A stretch of DNA of 64,000 nucleotides from the human T2T-CHM13v2.0 reference genome, Homo sapiens: the NCBI RefSeq assembly GCF_009914755.1, contig NC_060940.1; one strand, written 5' to 3'. The notes below the pieces were generated by a model. That model saw nothing but the letters and a program-made list of their open reading frames with translations, had not been told where the DNA came from and did no database searches. The position numbers and the translations under genes were made by a program. The stretch's first letter is position 1. Every line of letters starts with the position of its first letter. Shown piece after piece: positions 26,849 through 39,679 of the stretch.

Positions 26849-27459
26849 ATGTACCCTGGTCAAATCTTGAGGAAATGTCCCTTAATGTATCCCTTCTCTT
26901 GGTCAGTAGCTATGGACATTATATATTAAAGACTGAAATAAGCCCTGCATCAAACGTATCTTCTTAACTTTGTTTAAGCAGCATTTTATAAACTTAATTA
27001 TCCACAGAACACTCTTTTTCCAGGTATAACTATTAACATTCCATTAAATGTATTCTTCTGATGTTTACATTTCAAAAATAAAATTAAAAGGGTGGACTAG
27101 ATGACATTTAAGGACACACCCAGCTTTAAATTTCAGGACCTCTGCTTTCTAAGAAACGATATAGCCCAGCTCCACTCCTTTCCACTGCTAACTAGTTTCA
27201 GTATTTATTATATCCAAGGGCAGAAGCTCCTCTACTTAGGACGTCAGTCTCCTCTGCTTTAATGCAAATCCCTTCTTCTTTCCTAGCTCCTCCTTGAACT
27301 TTGAGAGCCACTCCTAAGGCAGCTTCCTAATCAGAAATAACCTCTTTAATTAGTTAGAAGGCCACGAATGTCACGTGTCAGATTATCTCAAATACTTGTT
27401 AGTTCTTTGATGCATCCCTTAGAAGATCTATTCTCCCATCTTGGTGGCCTAATTTTCTT

Positions 27460-27763
27460 TTCTTTCCTTTTTTTTTTTTTTTTTGAGACAGTGTCTCGCT
27501 CTGTCGCCCAGGCTGGAGTGCAGTGGCACCATCTCAGCTCACTGCAACCTCCGCCTCCCGGGTTCAAGCAATTCTCTGCCTCGGCCTCCAGAGTAGCTGG
27601 GATTACAGGCGCCTGCCATTGTGCCCGGCTAACTTTTGCATTTTTAGTAGAGACGGGGTTTCACCATCTTGGCCAGGCTGGCCTTTAACTCTTGACCTCA
27701 TGATCCACCTGCCTCGGCCACCCAAAGTGCTGGGATTACAGGCTTGAGCCACCGTGCCTGGCC
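27460..27763 (-). mobile_element. AluS (Sq-like)
   Basis: Full dimer; TSD CTAATTTTCTT at 27449-27459 and 27764-27774. Confidence 0.95.
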
Positions 27764-28056
27764 CTAATTTTCTTATTATACGGCCTATGGATTTGAAAGT
27801 GGCCATAAGAAGAACAGAGTTGATGATGTAATAAACTCATGGTTGAAAAAATCAAGGAAATTATCTGACTCCTGAAAAATCTTTCCAAAGCATAACTGTT
27901 ACAAACTACAGGCTCTTCTCCATTTTTCTGTCCCCAACCTCTGACCTTACTTCACATGGTGATCCAGGTTTATGGACCCCCCCCTTCCTGAAGCATTCCC
28001 AACCAGTCAAAAGAAAATTAGCCACTAGCCACACTATACCTCAAAAAGCTGGGGTA

Positions 28057-28373
28057 GGCCGGGCATGGTGGCTCACGCCTGTAATCCCAGCACTTTGGGA
28101 AGCTGAGGCAGATGAATCACCTGAGGTCAGGAGTTCGAGACCAGGCTGGCTGACATGGTGAAACCCCGTGCCTACTAAAAATACAAAAATTAGCCAGGCA
28201 TGGTGGCACACGCCTGTAATCCCAGCTACTTGGGAGGCTGAGACTGGAGAATCACTTGAATCCTAGAGGCGGAGGTTGCAGTGAGCCAAGATCATGCCAC
28301 TGTACTCCAGCCTGAGTGACAGAGCAAGACTCCATCTCAAAAAAAAAACAAAAAAAAAAAACGAAAAAAAAAA
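28057..28373 (+). mobile_element. AluSx-like
   Basis: Full dimer (tcacctgaggtcaggagttcgag); TSD GCTGGGGTA at 28048-28056 and 28376-28384. Confidence 0.95.
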
Positions 28374-28414
28374 CTGCTGGGGTAATACATGTGGATGGAA
28401 ATGTAAGATGGGCT

Positions 28415-28785
28415 GTGGTGTGTCATAAGAAGAACTGGACCCACATTACTATTCACTAAACATTCCCAAGATTTCCAAGCTTCTTGGAGTTAATCAGTTG
28501 CATGGGACTGATTCTAGCTTATCAATGTGATCAGAACGAATCTGTGTCATTTGGGAGCTGCGACTGCAAAACACCATATGCAAATCTTTAGGATCTATTC
28601 TACTTTGCTGTGTGTCTTAAGGTGCGGGTACAAGATTGTGGAGACTCTGTCAGCCTGGATATTTCAAGGATTACATGGAGCAGAGCTCCCTACTCACCTA
28701 TGTGGGACAGGTAGGCTGAGTGAGAAATAACTATTTGCTAGGACATCGTGGCCAGAGTTATTATCATAGCCTGATGATACATCCT
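28415..28785 (+). mobile_element. Ancient MLT1-type LTR fragment
   Basis: Degenerate MaLR-like motifs (...ctgtgtcatt..., tgagtgagaaataa...). Confidence 0.4.
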
Positions 28786-30087
28786 ACAATCTCCATTGGT
28801 TAACAATGATCTCCATCTCCACAGTGTGAAAGAACAGGAGACAGAACACTGCACACACTAAATGCCATGGAGAAGGAAGCTGAGTTTTAGGTATAGAGAC
28901 AAAGCAGCTTCCAGTACCCATTTCTAATTGTGCCTTCAGGTATTCTCAACAGCCCCATTCCATATTCATGAAGTCCCATATTAAGGACCTCTCAAGATTG
29001 TGTTATAGATTCTTCACCTTGAGGGCCCCACTTGACAATCAAAGTCAACATTTTAGTGCCCAGAGTGGCTCGAATAAGGCAAGCAAACCCCCTTTCCTTT
29101 AAATAATTTACCCATAATAAGCCCTAATTCAGTGACACTGTCTGTATATAGATGGGTACAATTAGAAACAAAATCCTAAAAATAAATGTTCTGATTTCTC
29201 AAAAGGAAAATTTGCTAAAGCAATGTCAAATCCTTTATGATTTTATTTACTGCAGCCACATTCTAATACACTCTTCTCAAGAAAAGATTTTAAAAGCCAA
29301 AAATATTTTATCTACACTGTAGCTAATAATGTTATTAAAACATAGGACTTTTTAATTTTATCTTTTCACTATTACTTTCTTTAAGTAAATTTATTCTATA
29401 AGCAAAATGTAAAATAAAATTTAAAAATATATACAGAGCACATTTGCTTAGACTAGCCGCGCTATTAACATGAATCAGCTCATAAGGAGAAAAAAAAATG
29501 CTTTGCCCCCTATTTTGACAAGAGCAAGTAGAGTGTAGGTGAATTCAAGGGGGGAGGAAAGACATATAAATAACAATCTTTCAAACTTCTGTTCACGAAT
29601 ATTGTTTTTTGTCATCACAATTGCACAATGAAATATGAAAGTTCAATTTCCTCTTCATTTCCTTTTAATAAAACTTCTGTTCATTTCATTTCTGAGAGAA
29701 GATTGAATCTAAATTACTTTGACTTCTTTTGGCCTAACTTTGGTGATGCTACGAGACATGAAAAGGAGGCCTTTTTGAGTATCACCCACGGAAATAAAGA
29801 GGTATGGCTTCGATCTCTGTATTTAGCCCTGGCTCTTTCTCTTTTGCTATGTAGATCCTCTGCAAGATCAGTGAGTGCTGACTGAACATTATATTGCAAT
29901 TCCTGCTCCACCTTTTAACCAGGCCACTTGCAGAAAGAAGAAATCTACAAAAGTTCCCTTGTTGGGTTTTTCCAATCTATTCTATAACAAATGCATTTCC
30001 TAATGATAGGGGAAAATGGAGTCCTCTTTGGCGAGGTGGTATTTGAATTTACATATGATGTTGGAAATGTTTTTGATGAACATTCAC

Positions 30088-30512
30088 ATTGCGGGTCTAA
30101 TTGTGTTTCCAAAGATTATGTTGACGTTCTAACCAAGTAACTGAGAATATGACGTTACTTGGAGATAGGATCATTGTGGACATAATTAGTCAAGTTGAGG
30201 TCATATTGGAAGAGGGTGGGCCCCTAACCCAATGTGATTGGTGTCCTTGTAAAAAGAGGAAATTAGGACACAGAGAAACACACACCAGAAAAATGTCACG
30301 TGAAAACTGGATTTATGCTCCCACAGTTAAGGAACTACCAGAAACTAGGAGACAATTCTGGAACAGATTGTTTTCTAGCACTTTCAGAAGAAGAATGGCT
30401 GCACCAACACGTTGCTTTCAGATTTCTAGCCTCCAGAAAAGAGATACAGTAAATGTCTGCTATGTTACACCAGCCCTAGCCTAACTTTTGTTAGGCTAAT
30501 ACAACTAATACA
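30088..30512 (+). mobile_element. MLT1B/C MaLR solo LTR
   Basis: gaatatgacgttacttggagataggatc...gaggtcatattggaagagggtgggccc...ctagcctccagaa...ctaataca. Confidence 0.85.
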
Positions 30513-30944
30513 ACCCAGAATACCACAAACAACTCAACTGTCAATGGTTCCATGTTTCCTATGACAAAAACAAACAAACAAACATGAACTCCACAGTTTT
30601 CTTTGGCATGACTTTGAAACTCTTTTTACTGAACATATGTGCATTTGTTCAGCCTAACACTTCTTTCACATGGTTTGACCTTCAAAATTTCAAACCCTAT
30701 TCTCCTAAAAGTACCTTCTTCTTTCACCTCAGGCCTTTGAAAATGGAATTCCCTCTAAAAATGATGGACCAGATGTGGTATGTGTACCATCATGTCCATA
30801 ACAGAATCTGCTATTTTTGTCATGGTAATTTTTAGCAGTGAACCTAAATGCTATTGTAGAAACCTCCTCACCTGGGCCAACATTGCTAATCACCTGAAAT
30901 TGGACTTAAATTTGAAGACCATCTAAAGCCATTTCTTAATATAC

Positions 30945-32815
30945 AACCTTTATCCAATGCCTACTGTGTTTCAGGGACTATGTTTCTCCACTGGGAGAAA
31001 TGAAGGGGAGTTTTTCATCTTCCTGTGGGAATCAGGAATGTTTACAGAGGACTTAGACTTCTTCCCATTGATGAATTAGAGTTAACCAGGAAAGCAAGAA
31101 GGAAAAGTGCTATCTAGGCCAAAGGGGGAGATTCCTGTGTAAACACAGAGTCTGAAAGTTCAGGTTCTGTTATCATAACAACGGAGAAAAGAAAAGGACT
31201 CGGGTCAAAGCCTTGAGACCCACAATGTTTAGAGGAAGAAGTAAAAAGAAACTCAGAAAAAAATTATTGAGATCAGTGGTCAGTGAGTAAGAAATAAGAG
31301 AAATGCACTGTCCTGTAACTCCCTCCAGCCTCACCCTAAAAAGAAGAGATGGGCTCTACCCAATCCAACTGAAAGACCAAGAAATATGGGGATTGAGAAT
31401 TGGCCATTTGATTTTTGCAAAATGGAGATCACCGTTGATTGCAGAAAAGGCTATTTTGAGGGGACAATAGGACCCAAGCCTGCTTGCAATAGATAAGATA
31501 GTCACTGAGGTGAGAAAATAGAGACAATGATTGAGGAGGTGCATGTTCAGATGTTTTAATTTGCCATAAAAGGACACAGAGAAAAAAGACAGATGCTCAA
31601 GGGATTCATTGAATTAATATTTTTTCCTCTATCTTCCTTTAAGATGTAAAGGAAATTTGTGTGCTAACAAGTATAGAGAGGAAAGACATGACCATGCAGT
31701 AGAAAGAAGTAACTATAAGAACAAAGTCCTTGAACAGTCCACGAGGATGGAATCCAGTGATTAAATTTGGAGTTAAACTTGGATAGAGGCAAAAAGATTT
31801 GATCCATGGTAACAGGAGGAATGCAGTGAATATGGCTATAAATGCAAATAGCTAAATTTGATAGAAGGAAGACAAGGTTGTTTTCATATACATATTATAG
31901 TGGTTTTTGTTTGTCCTCAATGAAACAGTGATTAACTTCATCAAATGAAAGAGAGGAGAGAAAGTGGGCTTGGGGAGTTTGACATCCCCAATAGAGAGTA
32001 GATAAATAGAGATAAATAGAGAGGTATAGTACAAGTATCTGGCAGTCCTGAATGTTCCTTACAAATTTCACATTGCCTCAGTGAGCACAGTTCTGTTTTT
32101 CTATTTTTTTCCAGTTACATTCAGTGGTTACACTCTGTCACACAGTAGGTAGAGGTTGAAATTTAACCATGATTAGGATTTAGCCACACTTGTTTAATGA
32201 TGGGAGGAATGGAAACAGACGATATATTTGAGAGATTGAACTAATGGTGGTCTATGTTCTCTATATTAAGGATAATAATAAACACATGAAGGATATGTAC
32301 AGTGAAACATATTGTTGTCAATGGATTGGAGGTCTCAGTAAGGTGAAGGAATTTCTGGATTGGGGGTAACAGCATAAGTGATATGGAAAGACAAAATGTT
32401 GAGAGGAGTGCTGCACTTGAAATTAAGATTTTGCAAATGATGTGGTTATTAATGATGTCTCAAATATGATCATGGGAATGTGTTGCTGAGGTGGGAAATA
32501 AGAGGCTGATATAAGAATATATTCAGAGAGTCATAAGATTGGAGTATTGAATGAATAATTTATGTGAATATTGAACTTTCTAAGAATAATAAAACAGCAA
32601 AAGTGAGTAGTGTATAGAGATCTAATGGTAAAAATATTTAATGAATGATAAGAAGTGACTTCAGATAAGTATTTAATAAATAAAGGAATAGTGAGTAGAA
32701 GGATCTGATCTTATGTGCTTCAAAGGAACTCAGGTTTTGGAGGAGGAGGGAAAATAAATGGTTTGAATCAGTAACAAAAATCAAGAAAGAGGTCCATCCC
32801 ACTTAAAGACCCTAT
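30945..32815 (-). mobile_element. L2 fragments (long, degenerate)
   Basis: Purine-rich antisense L2 motifs, e.g. gagaattggccatttgattttt...ggagatcaccgttga. Confidence 0.6.
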
Positions 32816-32862
32816 GGTAATCATGGGGTGAGAAAAAAACAAAAAACAAAAAAACAGTTTGA

Positions 32863-33004
32863 GGCCGGGCGCGGTGGCTCACGCCTGTAATCCCAGCACT
32901 TTGGGAGGCCGAGGCGGGCGGATCACGAGGTCAAGAGATGGAGACCATCCTGGCAAACATGACGAAACCCCATCTCTAGTAAAAATACAAAAAATTAGCC
33001 GGGC
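32863..33004 (+). mobile_element. AluSc/Y left arm only, broken at start of right arm
   Basis: CpG-rich left monomer ending ...aaaaattagccgggc, then TA-rich sequence; no tail or TSD. Confidence 0.88.
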
Positions 33005-33152
33005 TAATATGTATATGTTATCTATACATTACATATTATCTATAGTAGATTTTATATATAGAGAGAGAAGATACCCACATATAGAAAGTGACATATGTAT
33101 GTGTGTATATGATGTGTATGTATGATGTGTGTGTGTATGTGTATACACACAA

Positions 33153-33375
33153 TGCTATCAACAAGAAAACACTGAGAAAATATTGTACTCATCTGATTTT
33201 TTCTGAGGAATCTACAGATAATGAGCTTCAGACAACCAAAATAATTGAAAAGACACCACTCCTTACGCTGATGTATTTCTGGTTGTTGGGTTATCTGAAG
33301 CTTATTACCTAGTAGATTCCTCAAAAATAGATCAGATGAGTACAATATTCCCTTAGTGCTTTCTTGTTGATAACA
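33153..33375. repeat. Long imperfect inverted repeat (~105-nt arms, ~10-nt loop) from HAL1/L1ME ORF1-end sequence
   Basis: 33153-33258 aligns by eye to the reverse complement of 33269-33375 at roughly 80-85%, including the exact core AATATTGTACTCATCTGAT. Confidence 0.9.
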
Positions 33376-33550
33376 GCTTGTCTGTATTTTTTTATACCTG
33401 AATGTCAGTTTTGCTGGATATAAAATTATTGAAGCTTACATTCTTCCTTTGAGTGTATGTGTTACTCTCTTTTATCCTTGCATAAAGTGTTGTCTTCACG
33501 AAGTCTGATGATGATCTATTTTCTTTCTCTGTAAGTCGTCACTTTTTACC
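33269..33550 (-). mobile_element. HAL1 / ancient L1 ORF1 3' region
   Basis: cagttttgctggatataaaattattg...aagtctgatg... typical of an antisense ORF1 end. Confidence 0.6.
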
Positions 33551-33559
33551 CTTTTTCAC

Positions 33560-34285
33560 AGCAACAATGAGTAGTCTTCACACCAGATTGTGTTCTTGGA
33601 AAGTTATTTCTCAGAAATAAAAACTAGAGCTGGAAGAAATACTTTATCTCATTTCTGGTGCAGAAAATGTACAGGATGTACTGGGAACATCAGCTCACAC
33701 TCTGGTATGACAACATATCAAGGAAGGCCATTAAAATCATGGCCAAAAAGATTTAAAGCCCAATTTGAAGAGGCTCCCAGTGCCCAAAGATAAAACTATA
33801 AGAGTTTTCATGATGATACTAAACTAACTGCAATGGACAGAAGAACACATTGAGCTGTATCATGAGTATGTGATCAGCACAATTCAGATCGGATTATATG
33901 TCAAATGACTTGGGTTTTTAATCACATAAAATATAGGGAAAGAAAAGAGATGCAGAAGAAACCTGTACATAAAAGGCAGACTTAAAAGATATGTCAAATT
34001 AAGAAAAAATTGGCAATAAAAAATTACAGTGCCTGGGGATGCATATGTGGATCATAAAAGTAGAAACCACAAGAAAGTGATTGCTATAAAAGTCAAGATA
34101 ATGGTTACTTATGGCAAGAAAGAGGGTTTGTAATTGGACAGAGCATATGAAAAGAGTTTCTGGAGTGATTACAAAGTTCTCTCTGTGAACCTGGGTAGTA
34201 TTCATCTTATAACAATTCACTATGCATTTAACTTGTGTGCTTTTCTTGACCTATATTTTATAATGGAAATATACTTAATAAGTTC
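33560..34285 (+). mobile_element. L1MC/MD/ME 3' region
   Basis: ...aaaagtcaagataatggttactt...ctgggtagta...ttcatctt...aataa. Confidence 0.65.
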
Positions 34286-34464
34286 TTGAAAATATATACT
34301 TTAATTACTTGAGAAAGCTGCAATAAAGTAGTATCCTCATCAGAGTCCATTCAGAATAAAATTAGAGCAAGAAAGTGAAGAAAACATTTGGAGACAAGTA
34401 AGGCGGTGGAGATTTGCTGCTGACAGACTGTGAGTTCCCAATGGCTCAGTGAAGAGTTGTGCAT

Positions 34465-34646
34465 TGGTTGTCATATGTCAGGGTGCACCGTGTTGACATG
34501 AAGGACATGTAAAACACAGGTAGCTCAGCCCCAGCCTAGAGCTTTGGATTTCATGAGACTGGGTAAGGCCTTAGAATGTGCATTTTAACTAGTTTCCAGG
34601 CAATGCTGATGTTGCTAATCTGAAGATGGCTCTTTGAGAATCACTG
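34465..34646. mobile_element. MER5A MITE
   Basis: ...agaatgtgcattttaactagtttccaggcaatgctgatgttgct...ctttgagaatcactg. Confidence 0.7.
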
Positions 34647-35129
34647 GGTTATGGGATCAGGAAGAGAGGGGAACCTGAGTTAGATTAATGGCTCTGTGGA
34701 CAACTGGAGGCCTTGCGACTAAGGCAGGCAGAGATAAAAGACATCATGAAATTGGTTCTAATGGTGTCTTCTAGACAGGTGGATTAAAAATCTATCAATA
34801 TAGTACAGCCTATTTGTTGAACATGTTCCTAAAAACACTGGGTGAAACGACAGAGTTGGCCACAGCCATAGGTGATCACCAGAGTGCCAGGGCCCTACAG
34901 CGTCAACTTGAGTCTTTGGTGGATCAATATCTCAAACCCACTTGTAAACTCATCTTTAGCACAATAGGAAAGAAGCCTTGCCTTGGCGTTTGTACTTGTG
35001 AGGAGACCAAGACAAGGCTGGCATTAGGAGAGTGGTAGACCTCTCTTGAATGCAACTATCTCTCTATGTTTGAGATGCAGTCTTGTTTTTATTCATGTCC
35101 ATCACAACATTCTCCAGCCTTGTTAAAGA

Positions 35130-35900
35130 AATAGGCATTTAGGATTCCTATGTGACTATAGGTCCCAGCTTACTAATTACTTACTACTGATCACTTACAA
35201 TTTAATTTGTCTTAACTTTCTAGGCTCCCATTTTAGAATAATAATGATTTTCACTATTGATGGTAGGGTAAAAGTGAGTAGAGTAGCACATGTCTGACTC
35301 TTGGCCACATTGGCTCAAATGTTTATAAAAATTCTGCGAGACTGGTAATACTAGTGTCATAGAAAGAAAATGAGAATCTCATGGAATTTAAAATGGTTGT
35401 TAAAGTTTTCATACATGATTACTGAGAAAAGTACTGATGATAAAGCCAGTTCTGTCTGATTTCAAAAGTTATTCAGTTGATGTCCTGCCTTTAGAATCCG
35501 AATAGTAGTACAACACAGTGAAAACTACAAGGCAGGTAATACTAACTTCATATTACCGATGAGGAAATTGAGTCTCAGAGAGAGTAGCTGGGTTCAGATA
35601 ATGCAAACAAACAGGTAGATAGATGGGTATTTAGATAAACGGAAACACTTACTGCACATATCCCATGTGACTAGCATCTCTCTGTGCATTTTTCTACAAT
35701 GTATTCCCATTAAACCTCACCTCCAGAAAGCATGAGTTAGGTATTCAAATACTTGTCAAACAGATGGAAAACAGACTCACAGAGGTTTATCCAATGTCAC
35801 TCAGCTAGTCCTTAACTATTACTGCATTTACTTAACTGATAACTTAATGAATGGACTTGCACCTCATTTTTTATTCCGTCTATTCTGTTCTAGTCTCACT
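35130..35900. mobile_element. Cluster of MIR fragments
   Basis: MIR cores: gatgaggaaattgagtctcagagag; cagatggaaaacagactcacagagg. Confidence 0.6.
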
Positions 35901-36499
35901 CATACCTTTTGTCCACAGTCAGCTCTTTGAAGATTTCTGACCTTGAAAACAAAACAAAACAAAACAAAACAACAACAACAAAATAGCAAACACCCAGAAC
36001 CTTAGAACCCAACTCTTTTGTTATAATCTTAAAACAAATTACCTCCAGAATTATTTTAGCTTTAACATTTTCTGTGATTAGGTTTATTTGGAAGAGAGGT
36101 TGAGGCACTGGGGAATGGAAATCAAGCAATGCCTCCAAGCATAATTACAATTTGCTTACTTAAAGGAAAACCTACCAAAGCCAATGAACACAGAGGAAAA
36201 AAACAAATCACTATCAAAGGATGCAACTCAGATAGGAACCAATTCAGAACTCGTTGCTGATGTCAAGGTAATCAATAATATTTATCCTCAGGGCAGAAGA
36301 AAAGCTGATCTAGAGCAAGGATGACCAAGGAGAAAACAGTCAAAAAAATCCTACATTCTGAATTCTGGGAAGGCTCTCAGGATATAGGATCTTCCCCTAG
36401 ATAACAGGGATCTTTTAAAAGCCAATTTTCTGCTTATAAATACTCATTTCATTCATTTGTTCATTCATTCATTCACTTAACTATTGGTAGCCTAGGTTG

Positions 36500-36720
36500 G
36501 TAGAAGGGGCACAGGGTATGACATATCAGATATTAGGATTTAAGACCTGACTTTAGCACTTACTGGATTTGAACAAGTTACTTCTAATCATGAGTCACAA
36601 TTTTTTTAACTGAAACAACAGATCGAGTAATACCTGTGAATTGCCTTGAGGGTCAAATGAGAGAATACAGACAAGGTGATTTAGCAGTCCGTAAATATTA
36701 GCTATTAGTAATATTATTAC
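36500..36720 (+). mobile_element. MIR
   Basis: cacttactggatttgaacaagttacttc...gagggtcaaatgagagaata. Confidence 0.55.
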
Positions 36721-37381
36721 ATAAGCCATTTCATTGTGTGCATCTGTTACAATGACTGAATTTTTCAAACTAAACTTTATCCTCATGTTCCAACTTGCAT
36801 GAAGGTCCTCATGGGGAAGATGAGAGAGAAAACATTAAGATCAAAAATACTTCAGAAAACGCAAGTGGGAAGGTCCCTGCAGCTCTGGCCCTTGACCCAC
36901 TATCACTGACTGCAGGATATGATGCCTGCCTGAGACATTTGCTGTAATTAGTACTGAAAGGGTCCCTGGGGGCTTCAAATGAGGCTGCTGAATCCACTTT
37001 CCTGTGTGGCTGACTTCCATGGGTTCAGGCCGTTGGCCAAAGGAGGCAGATGTGGAGGGGCACATGCCTTTCTCAGGAAGAAGTGAACAGATGAAAAGAA
37101 GAAAGGAAGGGGATGTCAGTGGACTTCCTAATGAGGTCCCTTCTTGTTGTGAGCCCTCTGGGCTGAGGAATTACTGTGCAGATCATTTGCTAATGAGCAC
37201 AGCCATAGCCATAGAATGACTTTTAAATGTTCAAAGAATTTGGGATAATTCTACTGTGTGCCTTCCCTGACTTGGTGTGCTGAGAAACAAGATGATATAT
37301 TTCAAAATGCAAGTCCTAGAAAAGACAATGGTACTGAAAGGAAATTTGGGAAACAGTGTAAAACTGTAAATTCCTTTATTT

Positions 37382-37548
37382 CTTTTAAAAAATTTTTTAG
37401 AGACAATGTCTTACTCTGTCAAGCATGCTGGAGTGCAGTGACAGGGTCGTGGCTCTCTGGATCCTTGAACTCCTAGGTTCAAACCATCTTTTCCCCCTTC
37501 AGCCACCCAAAGTGCTGGGATTACAGGCATGAGTCACCACACTCAGCC
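37382..37548 (-). mobile_element. Alu monomer (FRAM/FAM-like)
   Basis: Single ~165-nt Alu unit. Confidence 0.75.
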
Positions 37549-37555
37549 TAAAGTG

Positions 37556-37645
37556 TATATCTCTATCTATCTATGTATCTATATATCTATCTAAACATCA
37601 TATACACACACACACACACACAAACATATATATATATATATATGT
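37556..37645. repeat. Compound (TCTA)n(CA)n(TA)n microsatellite
   Basis: Directly visible. Confidence 0.9.
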
Positions 37646-37647
37646 CT

Positions 37648-37917
37648 CTTTTTGAGACAAGGTCTGGCACTCTGTTGCATGATCTCACCTCACTGCAACC
37701 TCCACCTCCCAGGCTCAAGCCATCCTCCCACCCTAGCCTCCCAAGTAGTTGGGACTATGGGTTCATGCCACCACACGCAGCTAATTTTTGTATTTTTTGT
37801 AGAGACAAGGTTTTGCCATGTTGCCAAGGCTGGTCTCGCACTCATGAGCTCAAGCGATCCACCCACCAAGGCCTCCCAAAGTACTGGGATTACAGGCGTG
37901 AGTTATCATGCCCAGCC
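37648..37917 (-). mobile_element. AluJ
   Basis: Dimer with J diagnostics (ggctcaagccatcctcccacc, gagctcaagcgatccaccc). Confidence 0.9.
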
Positions 37918-38869
37918 AGGTGTATATTATTAAGAAAGGTTATGGAAATTCACCCTTTGTACATACCGTGGGTTTCAGAGAGATAGCTCTTCCTCAGAAA
38001 TCCATGATTAGCACCTGTTAAACTCTGGCCCAATTGCCACTTTCTATGCCCCACCCCCAGTAGTTAAATACTGAGGAGGGATTTTCTTCTTTATTCATGG
38101 ATGCTTAGTGAATACTAAATAGATATGGTGCTGAGAGTTTATATTGCTCCTTCCCTCTACCCTCCTTTTCTCATTGCTTCCTTCTTTTGAATTGCATACA
38201 TCTTAGGTAGCATATTAGTAAAAGATGTAAAACATATCAAAGCAATCTCTAAATACCTTTCCTAACATTGACAAATTTGTCATTAGAACTGGATATCTGG
38301 ATTATCTTATTTCTAATTCATTTTTATTAAACACAAATGTATGCACACATCTACACTTTGACCTTGTATGTTCAACTTTTTGGTAAGACAGAAAGCATTT
38401 TTCATGGTTCTCTAAGTGCTTGCAAGTTTATCAGCAAACCATGCACATTCAATCACACTCTTCTAATGAACTGCTGCTGTCAATTTAGTTCTCATAAACA
38501 CACAAGTGAGGCAACATAGAGAGTGGTGATTCCTAAGACCAGGTCTGTGATACCCCAGGGTGTCTCCAATTATTTCCAGGTGGGGCTTGAGGATGTCATG
38601 AAATTTTCTGACAAAACTAATTTTAATCCACTTTAATTTGCAAAATTGCAGTCCACGAAGCACTTTGATTAAGAAGGACATTTCAGAAAATCAAGTGAAT
38701 CACAGTAGGGTATTGCAAATGGAAAAACAAACAGAAATCGTTGGTATAGAAATTCATAACTAATTACTTTCTTTTCTGCTTTTTATCCACAGAGCATGTG
38801 GTGGCTCCTATCGTGATCCCAATAGTTGTGTAGATACTAAGGTGTTAAGCGAAAGAAAATAAAGAAATC

Positions 38870-39095
38870 CAATATTTATTGAGAATTTTCAAGGTGCAGA
38901 GGTATAAGAGAAGTTTTGCATATTGCACTCATATCATCCCTAAAACATCCTTATGAGGTGGAACCAATGTGGACTATTTTACCAAAAAGGAAACTGAGGG
39001 TTTAGAGTGACTAAATAATAACCTATCAGCCCAAAGTTGATAAAGCAAGAAGAGGGAATCTAAGCTTGGATCTTCTAATTCCAGAGCCCATATTT
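38870..39095 (-). mobile_element. MIR
   Basis: aggaaactgagggtttagagtgactaaataa...cccaaagt. Confidence 0.65.
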
Positions 39096-39679
39096 TTTTT
39101 CATTAATGTTTTCAGAAAAAGAATATGAAACCCCAAAAAGACAGCATGGTCTGGTTGAGAAGAAAAAACACTTGACAACTCAAGGACAATTAAATAAATA
39201 CAATACAATATAAGAGCATCAATTTTTCTTTTAAAGAAATAAAAGCATATGAGATGTTAATGTAAACTAGTGGAAATAAACCAAGGTTTTGTGAACTAGT
39301 ATACTTAAGACCTTGAATAATTAGTTTAAATTGGAAGACATAGAGAATAGAAATGGCATTGTAAATCAAGGAAAAGGTAGGAGCAATTAGTTGGATATGA
39401 AAAAACCCACCTTGGTTACAGGGAGACTGGGTTGCCCAGAGTGGCCAATTTGTGTAGGGAATCTGTCTTATTAAGTCGAACGTGGCCAGACTCAAGGAGA
39501 CCTGTGAAACTTTGGAAGACAGTTGCCTCTCACTTCATCTAGTTGTTTTGTTTTGTTGATGTTGTTGTTTCTATGTATATATTATCTACCTATTCTGTGT
39601 CAAGCACAAGAGAAAGCCAGTTAAGAGCCTTGTACTAGGTGGAAATTTATTGTCTGTGTTCCAGTTCTAGCTTAATCAC

